11,036 nt of DNA from Candidatus Eiseniibacteriota bacterium. Its GTDB lineage: Bacteria; ARS69. Positions 1 through 7,562 of this stretch are shown here, one piece after another. Each line of letters begins with the position of its first letter. Positions within the stretch are counted from its first letter, which is position 1. Where the stretch lies: assembly GCA_052390515.1 (NCBI GenBank), contig JBQTGV010000038.1, positions 1 to 11,036 on the forward strand, written 5' to 3'. A program made the translations under genes and the position numbers. The notes beneath the pieces were generated by a model. That model did no database searches and was not told the origin of the DNA. It saw only the letters and a list, made by a program, of their open reading frames with translations.

Positions 1-2
1 GC

Positions 3-1844
3 GCAGCCTGGAACGTCATCAAGGTGATCTGGGGCCGCGAGTGGGACGACCTCCTCGCCCGCGACACCGATGGCGTCCTCGCGCGCAAGATGATGGACAC
101 GCTCGACGGCGAATACCAGAAGCTCTCGGTCAGCTCCGGCGCCTACGTCCGGGAACACTTCTTCGGCACCGACCCGCGTCTCGCCGCGCTCATCGCCCAC
201 CTGTCCGACGACGATCTCGCCCACCTGCGGCGCGGCGGCCACGACTACCGCAAGGTCCACGCCGCCTATCGTCGCGCGGTGGAGCACGAGGGCGCGCCCA
301 CGGTGATCCTGGCCAAGACGGTGAAGGGCTGGACGCTCGGCGAAGGCTTCGAGGCGCGCAACATGACCCACCAGATGAAGAAGCTCGGGAAGAAGGAGCT
401 GATGACGTTCCGCGACCGCCTGGAGCTGCCCATTCCCGACGCCCGGCTCGCGGAGACGCCGCCGTACTTCCATCCGGGGCCGCGGAGCGACGAGGTGCTG
501 TACCTGAAGGAGCGACGACGGACACTCGGTGGCGAGCTGCCCAAGCGCATCGTGCGCGCCAGGCCGCTCGCCGTTCCGCGGGACGAGGTGTTCGCGGAGT
601 TCTCCGCAGGCACGCGCGACGGCCAGGAGGTCTCCACCACCATGGCGTTCGTGCGCCTGCTCCGCGGCCTGCTTCGCACTCCGGGATTCGGTCCGCGCAT
701 CGTGCCCATCGTGCCCGATGAGGCTCGGACGTTCGGCATGGAGGGCCTCTTCAAGGAGTTCGAGATCTATTCGGCCTTCGGTCAGCGCTACGTGCCGGTC
801 GACGCCGAGCTGCTGCTCACCTACGCGGAGGGCGCGCAGGGACAGATCCTGGAGGAAGGAATCACCGAGGCGGGTTCGATGGCGTCGCTGTCCGCAGCGG
901 GCACCTCGTACGCCACGTTCGGCGAGTACACCGTCCCCTTCTACATCTTCTATTCGATGTTCGGCTTCCAGCGCACCATGGACCAGATCTGGGCTTTCGC
1001 CGACATGCGCGGCCGGGGCTTCCTGCTCGGCGCCACCGCCGGCCGCACGACCCTCACCGGCGAAGGCCTGCAGCACGACGACGGACACTCCCTGCTGCTC
1101 GCCTCCGCCGTCCCCACGGTCCAGCCCTACGATCCGGCCTTCGCGTACGAGCTGGCCGTCATCATCCAGGATGGACTTCGCCGGATGTACTCCGACGGCG
1201 AGGACGTCTTCTACTACGTCACGGTGTACAACGAGAACTACACGATGCCGCCGATGCCCGACGGCGCGCGCGAAGGCGTGCTGCGCGGGCTCTACCGCTA
1301 CCGCGCGTCGACGTCGCCGTCCGGACCGCGCGTGCAGCTCCTCGGCAGCGGTCCGATCCTGCGCTGCGTCCTCGAAGCCCAGGAGATCCTGGGCGATCGC
1401 TACGGCGTCGCCGCGGACGTGTGGAGCGCGACCAGCTACACGCTGCTGCGTCGCGAGGCACTCGACTGCGAACAGTTCAACCGCGAGCATCCCGACCGCG
1501 AGCCCCGCGTCCCCCTCGTCACGGGCCTGCTGGAAGGCGCCGACGGTCCGGTCATCGCCGCTTCGGACTGGGTCAAGGCCGTGCCCGATCAGATCACGCG
1601 CTGGGTGCCGGGCGGGCTAGAGTCCCTGGGCACCGACGGCTTCGGCAGGAGCGATACGCGAGAGGCGCTGCGCCGCCACTTCCGGATCGACGCGGCGAGC
1701 ATCGTGGTCGCGGCGCTCTCGCGCCTGGCGCGGGACGGGAAGATCGCCCGCGGGGCCGCCGCGCGCGCCGCCGCCGAGCTCGGCGTCCAGCTCGATCCCG
1801 CCGCGGCGGACGAGACCCGCGATCCCGCGCGGCAGTCGGCCTAG
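3..1844 (+). CDS. aceE: Pyruvate dehydrogenase E1 component, homodimeric (AceE) type; 5'-partial, begins upstream of the window
   Basis: The frame is open from base 3 (AAWNVIKVIWG), so GTG at 24 is internal. AceE motifs: RRGGHD, PTVILAKTVKG, NMTHQMKK, STTMAFVR, IVPDEARTFGMEGLF, GQILEEGITEAG, FYIFYSMFGFQR, GATAGRTTLTGEGLQHDDG, YDPAFAYE, WSATSY, LGTDGFGRSDTREALR. Stop TAG at 1842-1844. Confidence 0.95.
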   Translation, partial: AAWNVIKVIWGREWDDLLARDTDGVLARKMMDTLDGEYQKLSVSSGAYVREHFFGTDPRLAALIAHLSDDDLAHLRRGGHDYRKVHAAYRRAVEHEGAPTVILAKTVKGWTLGEGFEARNMTHQMKKLGKKELMTFRDRLELPIPDARLAETPPYFHPGPRSDEVLYLKERRRTLGGELPKRIVRARPLAVPRDEVFAEFSAGTRDGQEVSTTMAFVRLLRGLLRTPGFGPRIVPIVPDEARTFGMEGLFKEFEIYSAFGQRYVPVDAELLLTYAEGAQGQILEEGITEAGSMASLSAAGTSYATFGEYTVPFYIFYSMFGFQRTMDQIWAFADMRGRGFLLGATAGRTTLTGEGLQHDDGHSLLLASAVPTVQPYDPAFAYELAVIIQDGLRRMYSDGEDVFYYVTVYNENYTMPPMPDGAREGVLRGLYRYRASTSPSGPRVQLLGSGPILRCVLEAQEILGDRYGVAADVWSATSYTLLRREALDCEQFNREHPDREPRVPLVTGLLEGADGPVIAASDWVKAVPDQITRWVPGGLESLGTDGFGRSDTREALRRHFRIDAASIVVAALSRLARDGKIARGAAARAAAELGVQLDPAAADETRDPARQSA

Positions 1845-1861
1845 CGTCGGTGTCGGCGCAA

Positions 1862-1907
1862 CGTCCGGAAACGAAGCGAGGCAGAGCTACGCTTCGTTTT
1901 CCGGACG
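1862..1907. repeat. Near-perfect inverted repeat (17-bp stem, one bulged base, 11-nt loop) between convergent aceE and trpB; possible bidirectional terminator or 3'-end stabilising hairpin
   Basis: Left arm 1862-1878 CGTCCGGAAACGAAGCG; right arm 1890-1907 CGCTTCGTTTTCCGGACG (reverse complement CGTCCGGAAAACGAAGCG). There is no U-tract on either side, so terminator function is inference. Confidence 0.75.
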
Positions 1908-3107
1908 CAGCTGAGTTCCCCGTCGCGCAATCTCCGCTGCCGCGTGCGCCGCGTCCTTGTCGCCGCGACCGGACAGGTTCAGCACGGCGAGCGTGCCGCG
2001 AGGCAGGCTCGGGCCCTCGCGCAGCAGCCAGGCGACGGCGTGCGCCGACTCGAGGGCCGGGATGATGCCCTCGCTGCGTGACAGGAACTCGAACGCCGAG
2101 AGCGCCTCGTCGTCCGACGCGCGGGCGTACTCGGCCCGACCGGTGGCGTGCAGCCAGGCGTGCTCCGGACCGATCGAGGGATAGTCCAGCCCGGCGGACA
2201 CGCTGTGCGTCGCGGCGATCTGCCCGGCGTCGTCCTGCAGCACCCAGCTGCGCGTGCCGTGCAGGACGCCCGGGCCACCGCCGGCGAAGCGCGCCGCGTG
2301 CCGGCCAAGCGCCGTGCCCGTCCCGCCGGCCTCGACGCCCACTAGCCGTACGTCGGCGTCCCCCAAGAACGCGTGGAAGAGACCGATCGCGTTGGACCCG
2401 CCGCCCACGCACGCGACGAGCAGATCCGGGAGCCGGCCGGTCCGCTCCAGGAACTGACCGCGCGCCTCCCGGCCGATGATCTTCTGGAAGTCGCGCACGA
2501 TCCTCGGGAACGGGTGCGGGCCGAGCACCGACCCCAGGATGTAGTGCGTGTCGCCCACGCGCGCGACCCAGTCCCGCAGCGCCTCGTTGATGGCGTCCTT
2601 GAGGGTGCGGCTTCCCGAGGCCACGCCGACGACGTCCGCCCCCAGGAGACGCACGCGGAACACGTTCGGCTCCTGCCGGCGCATGTCTTCCTCGCCCATG
2701 TACACCGTGCACGTGAGTCCGAGCAGCGCGGCCGCGGTGGCGGTGGCCACGCCGTGCTGGCCCGCGCCCGTCTCGGCGATGACCCGCGGCTTCCCCATGC
2801 GCCGCGCGAGCAACGCCTGCCCCAGCGTGTTGTTGATCTTGTGCGCGCCGGTGTGCAGCAGGTCCTCGCGCTTGAGCCAGACGCGCACTCCCGCGGCCTC
2901 CGAGAGTCGCCGCGCCTCGAAGAGCGGAGTCGGCCGACCGGCGTAGTCGTGGAGCAGCGCGTCGAGGTCCGCGCCAAACTCCGGGTCGGCGAGCGCCCTA
3001 TCGGCCTCGCGCTCCAGCTGCTCGAGCGCGGTCATGAGCGTCTCCGGAACGAACCGCCCGCCGAATTCGCCGAAATAGCCTCGCGCGTCGGGGACGGCTC
3101 CGCTCAC
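1887..3107 (-). CDS. trpB: Tryptophan synthase beta chain (TrpB1 type), 406 aa
   Basis: [36 protein letters not shown] (PLP lysine), [65 protein letters not shown] start overlaps the trpC stop (GTGA); AGGAGG RBS 7 nt upstream. Confidence 0.97.
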   Translation of the reverse strand: MSGAVPDARGYFGEFGGRFVPETLMTALEQLEREADRALADPEFGADLDALLHDYAGRPTPLFEARRLSEAAGVRVWLKREDLLHTGAHKINNTLGQALLARRMGKPRVIAETGAGQHGVATATAAALLGLTCTVYMGEEDMRRQEPNVFRVRLLGADVVGVASGSRTLKDAINEALRDWVARVGDTHYILGSVLGPHPFPRIVRDFQKIIGREARGQFLERTGRLPDLLVACVGGGSNAIGLFHAFLGDADVRLVGVEAGGTGTALGRHAARFAGGGPGVLHGTRSWVLQDDAGQIAATHSVSAGLDYPSIGPEHAWLHATGRAEYARASDDEALSAFEFLSRSEGIIPALESAHAVAWLLREGPSLPRGTLAVLNLSGRGDKDAAHAAAEIARRGTQLRPENEA

Positions 3108-3901
3108 GCCACCGCCTCCTCGGCCCCGATCAGCTCGCGTACCTTCCGGGCGGGGTCGGCCGAGGCCAGCAGCGCCTCGCCCACCAGCACGGCCTTCGCG
3201 CCGGCGGCCTCCGCCTCGAGCACGTGCGCACGCATCGAAATGCCGCTCTCCGCGACCAGCGTCGTGCCCGGCGGAAGCAGCGCGGCGACGCGACGCGTCG
3301 TCCCTCGATCGGTGGCGAAGGTGGTCAGGTCGCGGTTGTTGACGCCGAGCAGCGCCGGGCGAAGCCGCAGAGCCCGCTCGGCCTCCGCCTCGGTGTGCAC
3401 CTCGACGAGCGCCCCGAGCGAGAGCTCCCCCAGCAGATCGTGCAGATCCCGCAACCGCTGGTCATCCAGCGCGGCGACGATCAGCAGGACCGCGGACGCG
3501 CCCCAGGCTTTCGCCTCCCAGCACTGGTACGGGTCGACGACGAAGTCCTTGCGCAGGATCGGCAGCGCGACGGATCGGCGCACGGCGCGAAGGTCCTCCG
3601 GTGAGCCGCCGAAGAAGTCCGCCTCGGTGAGCACCGACACGGCGCGTGCCCCGGCGGACTCGTACTGCCGCGCGACCTTCGCCGGATCGAGCGCGCCGGG
3701 CAGGAACCCGTCGGGCCGCGTCGGCGAGCGCCGCTTCACCTCCGCGATCAGCGACGTGCCGGGCGGCACCAGCGCGGCGCGGAACCCGGGCGGAGCCGCG
3801 GCTCGCTCCGCCTCGGCGCGAACCCGCTCCGCGGGAAGCTCCCTGCGGCGCTCCTCGAGCCGCTCGCGCACGCGCCCGACGATGCGCAGCAGCGTGCTCA
3901 C
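3104..3901 (-). CDS. trpC: Indole-3-glycerol phosphate synthase, monofunctional (no TrpF fusion), 265 aa
   Basis: C-terminal part of ORF 3104..5053. Start re-called at GTG 3901, overlapping the trpD stop (GTGA). Motifs [52 protein letters not shown]. Confidence 0.95.
   Translation of the reverse strand: MSTLLRIVGRVRERLEERRRELPAERVRAEAERAAAPPGFRAALVPPGTSLIAEVKRRSPTRPDGFLPGALDPAKVARQYESAGARAVSVLTEADFFGGSPEDLRAVRRSVALPILRKDFVVDPYQCWEAKAWGASAVLLIVAALDDQRLRDLHDLLGELSLGALVEVHTEAEAERALRLRPALLGVNNRDLTTFATDRGTTRRVAALLPPGTTLVAESGISMRAHVLEAEAAGAKAVLVGEALLASADPARKVRELIGAEEAVA
3115..3120 (-). promoter_or_regulatory. Shine-Dalgarno site for trpB, within the trpC 3' end
   Basis: Minus strand reads AGGAGG-CGGTGGC-GTG(3107). 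Confidence 0.75.
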
Positions 3902-4923
3902 GACCGTCCCCCCAGACGCCGCACGAGCTCGGCGGCCGCGCCCCGATCCACCGCCTCCCCGGCCAGGCGCGCGCCGGAGGCGAAGTCCTCGCACGCTCCG
4001 CCCACGACGAGAGCCATCGCCGCGTTGGCCAGCACCACGTCGCGGTGCGGGCCGCGCTCGCCCGCGAACACCGCCGAGAGGATCGTCGCGTTCCGCCGCG
4101 CGTCCCCGCCAGCGATCGCCTCGCGCGGTGCCTCGGGGACGCCGAAGTCGGCCGCGCTGACGCGGAACTCGCGGACCGACGACGACGTGACCTCCACGAC
4201 CCGGGTCGGCGCGGCAAGGGACACCTCGTCCAGTCCGTCCTCGGAGTGCACGACGAACGCGCGCTCGGTTCCCAGGCCGCGGAGCGCGCCGGCCACGACC
4301 TCCACCACCGACGCGGAGAAGACGCCCAGCACCTGACGGCCCGCCCCCGCCGGGTTGGCCAGCGGTCCGAGCAGGTTGAAGAGCGTGCGCGTGGCGAGCG
4401 CGGACCGCGCGGGCATGGCGTGGCGCACCGCCGGATGGAAGCGGGGCGCGAAGAGGAAGCCGAAGCCGTGCCGCTCGACCGACTCGAGGACGCTCTCCGG
4501 CTCCTGCTGCGCGGGAACTCCGAGCGCTTCGAGCACGTCGGCCGATCCCGAGCGGGACGACACCGAGCGGTTGCCGTGCTTGGCCACCGCCACCCCGGCC
4601 GCGGCCGCGACGATGGCCGCGCCGGTGGAGATGTTGAACGTGTGCGAGCCGTCGCCGCCGGTCCCGCAGGTGTCCACCAGCGGCCGCCTGGCCGGCGTGA
4701 TGCGGGTCCCCGCAGCGCGCAGCGCGCGGGCCGCACCCAGCAGCTCCTCGGCGGTCTCGCCCTTCATGCGCATGGCCACGAGGAACCCCGCGATCCGCCC
4801 TTCGGGCGCCCGGCCCTCCATGATCTCGGCCATGGCGGCCTCTGCCTCGTCCGCACTCAGATCGAATCCGGCGAGCGCCCGGTGCAGCGCCTCGAGCAGC
4901 CGCGGAGCGGCGTCCTCGCCCAC
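3898..4923 (-). CDS. trpD: Anthranilate phosphoribosyltransferase, 341 aa
   Basis: MRMKGET, DTCGTGGDG, TFNIST, KHGNRSVSSRSGSADVLEALG, FLFAPRFHPA, RTLFNLLGPLANPA, DGLDEVS. GTG start abuts the trpG stop (TGAGTG), with GGAG 6 nt upstream. Confidence 0.96.
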   Translation of the reverse strand: MGEDAAPRLLEALHRALAGFDLSADEAEAAMAEIMEGRAPEGRIAGFLVAMRMKGETAEELLGAARALRAAGTRITPARRPLVDTCGTGGDGSHTFNISTGAAIVAAAAGVAVAKHGNRSVSSRSGSADVLEALGVPAQQEPESVLESVERHGFGFLFAPRFHPAVRHAMPARSALATRTLFNLLGPLANPAGAGRQVLGVFSASVVEVVAGALRGLGTERAFVVHSEDGLDEVSLAAPTRVVEVTSSSVREFRVSAADFGVPEAPREAIAGGDARRNATILSAVFAGERGPHRDVVLANAAMALVVGGACEDFASGARLAGEAVDRGAAAELVRRLGGRS

Positions 4924-5483
<560 letters not shown>

Positions 5484-5487
<4 letters not shown>

Positions 5488-6980
5488 CGCGCCGCCCCGT
5501 TCCGGCGCGCGCGAGACTCCGCCGACTCCACCGCGGCGAAGAGCGCTTTCGCCTTGTTCATCGTCTCCCTCCACTCGGTGGCCGGATCCGAGTCGGCCAC
5601 GATCCCCGCACCGCTGCCGATCGAGACCTTGCCGCCTTCCACGAACGCCGCACGGATGGCGATGCAGGTGTCCAGGTTGCCGTCGAAGCAGAGATAGCCG
5701 ACCGCTCCCGCGTATGTAGCGCGGCGCACGGGCTCGAGCTCCTCGATCAACTCCATGGCGCGCACCTTGGGCGCGCCGGAGACGGTTCCGGCCGGGAAGC
5801 AGGCGCGCAGTACGTCCAGGCTGGAGATCCCGGGGCGGACGGTGCCGACCACGTTGGAGACCAGGTGCATCACGTGGGAGTAGCGCTCGACGCTCATGAA
5901 CTCGCTGACGGAGACGCTTCCGAACTCGGAGACGCGGCCCACGTCGTTGCGACCGAGATCCACGAGCATCACGTGCTCGGCGCGCTCCTTCTCGTCCTCG
6001 CGCAGCTCCTGCTCGAGCGCGGCGTCCTCCACCCGTGACTCGCCCCGCCGCCGCGTGCCGGCGATGGGCCGCAGCTCCACGCGTGATCCGGTCGTGCGCA
6101 CCAGCACTTCCGGCGACGAGCCGACCAGGTGCCGGGCTCCGAGCCGGAGATAGTACATGTACGACGACGGGTTGATCACCCGCAGCGCGCGGTACAGGTC
6201 GAACGGGTCGCAGGCGAGCCGCTTCTCGAACCGCTGCGAGAGCACGATCTGCACGCAGTCTCCCGCCCGGATCCGCTCCTTGGCGCGCGACACCGCGGAC
6301 TCGAACGCCGGGCGCGTGAACGAGCTCCGGAACGAGCGTCCCCCGCGAGCCGACCCCCGCCGCTTCTCCTCGTGCGGCAATGGGCTCTCCAGCTTCGCCG
6401 CCAGCGCGTCGACGGTCTTCACGCACTCCGCCCAGGTCCGGTCCGGATCGTTCCCCGCGGGGCGGCTGGTGATGATCTTGAGGGTGAGCGTCAGGTTGTC
6501 GAAGACCACGACGGTGTCGGCCAGGAGGAACACCGCGTCGGGAACCTCGCGGTCGTCCGCGGCGATGTCGGGCAGTTTCTCCAGGTGGCGCACGGCGTCG
6601 TAGGCCAGGAACCCGACCGCGCCCCCCCAGAACGGCGGCAGCCCCTCGATGGGTACGGGCTTCTGCCGGGCGTGCCAGCTCTCGAGCGCGGCGAGCGGAT
6701 CCTTCCCGCCCGCGTTCCGGCGGCGCACGCCGCCGCGCTCCACCACCGCCGTGCCGTCGCGGGCGGTGTAGACCGCGGTCGGGTCGGTGCCCAGGATCGA
6801 GTACCGGGACCACTTCTCGCCGCTCTCGACGCTCTCCAGCAGGAACGCGTGCTCGCCGCGGCACAGCTTGAGGAACGCGGACACCGGTGTGTCCGTGTCG
6901 GCGAGTATCTCCCGGATCACCGGGACGCGCCGCCCCGGCTTCGCCAGCTTGCGGAACTCCGCGAGACCCGGACGGATCAT
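5484..6980 (-). CDS. trpE: Anthranilate synthase component I, 498 aa
   Basis: Start re-called at ATG 6980 (ATGA overlap with the upstream gene's stop). Motifs ADTDTPVSAF, FLLES, GGAVGFLAYD, QIVLSQR, YRALRVINPSSYM, GSSPE, RPIAGTR, KERAEHVMLVDLGRND, YSHVMHLVS, FPAGTVSGAPK, GAGIVADS. Directly upstream of trpG-trpD-trpC. Confidence 0.94.
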
Positions 6981-7504
6981 CGTTCGCCCTTGGCGATGCT
7001 TCGCACCGGGATCCGCGGGAGCCGGCGGAGGTACGGCGCCGCGCCCAGGACGTAGGTCGCGCCGACGAAGAGCGGCGCCCAGCGCGGCCACGGAACCGAG
7101 GCGATCTCTCCGGCGAGGTAGACGCCGAGGACTCCGAAGGCGAGCTTCCCGGGAGCCTCGGCGCGGGGCACCTCGCCCATCTCCTTGAAGCGCACCCAGC
7201 CCAGGAACAGCAGGGCGACGTCCCGCGCCACGACCGCGAGAGCGAGCTCCGGCGGGACCCGGCCCGCCGCGGCGAGCGCGATCAGCATCGCGGCGACCAG
7301 CACCTTGTCGGCGAGGGGATCCAGGATGCGGCCGAGGTCGGTGGCGCTTCCCGCCCGGCGCGCCAGGGCCCCGTCCAGGAAGTCCGTCCCGAGAGCGACG
7401 ACGACGAGTGCGCCAGCGAGGGTCGATCGTCCCTCGAGCACCGCCCAGGCGATGGGCAGGGACAGGAAGATGCGCGAGAGCGAGAGTGCGTTCGGCCCGT
7501 TCAC
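6977..7504 (-). CDS. CDP-alcohol phosphatidyltransferase, PgsA-like, 175 aa; substrate not certain
   Basis: Start re-called at GTG 7504 with GGAGG 6 nt upstream. N-terminal PNALSLSRI resembles the PgsA PNxLTxxR motif. Family signature TDFLDGALARRAGSATDLGRILDPLADK, plus several hydrophobic segments. Confidence 0.88.
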   Translation of the reverse strand: MNGPNALSLSRIFLSLPIAWAVLEGRSTLAGALVVVALGTDFLDGALARRAGSATDLGRILDPLADKVLVAAMLIALAAAGRVPPELALAVVARDVALLFLGWVRFKEMGEVPRAEAPGKLAFGVLGVYLAGEIASVPWPRWAPLFVGATYVLGAAPYLRRLPRIPVRSIAKGER

Positions 7505-7510
7505 TCGGTT

Positions 7511-7515
7511 CCTCC
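7511..7515 (-). promoter_or_regulatory. Shine-Dalgarno site for the pgsA-like gene
   Basis: Minus strand reads GGAGG-AACCGA-GTG(7504). Confidence 0.75.
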
Positions 7516-7553
7516 GGCGCGCCCTGCCGGGACGCGGTGATTCCGAGGGTGCG

Positions 7554-7562
7554 AGTGTATCA
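7554..7562 (-). promoter_or_regulatory. Candidate extended -10 sigma70-type promoter element (TG-A-TACACT) overlapping the recN stop codon
   Basis: Minus strand TGATACACT fits TGn-TAnnnT (4/6 to TATAAT) in the largest spacer of the minus-strand cluster. No recognisable -35 (TGGGCG at 17-nt spacing). Confidence 0.4.

Noticed and set aside
1049..1085. Functional link between AceE and DXS (AceE variant making DXP)
   Set aside because: The GEGLQH glutamate, whose substitution in E. coli AceE promotes carboligation, is intact. dxs looks intact and is about 7.5 kb away on the opposite strand.
1793..1833. Imperfect direct repeat CGATCCCGCCGCGGC / CGATCCCGCGCGGC at the aceE 3' end as an insertion scar
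   Set aside because: It is short and GC-rich, encodes two Asp-Pro-Ala units in the protein tail, and has no associated mobile element.
7070..7100. Two Trp codons (PWPRW) near the pgsA-like 3' end acting as a cryptic trp attenuator
   Set aside because: The codons are not tandem, Trp is common at membrane-protein interfaces, and I see no terminator/antiterminator pair with a U-tract before trpE.
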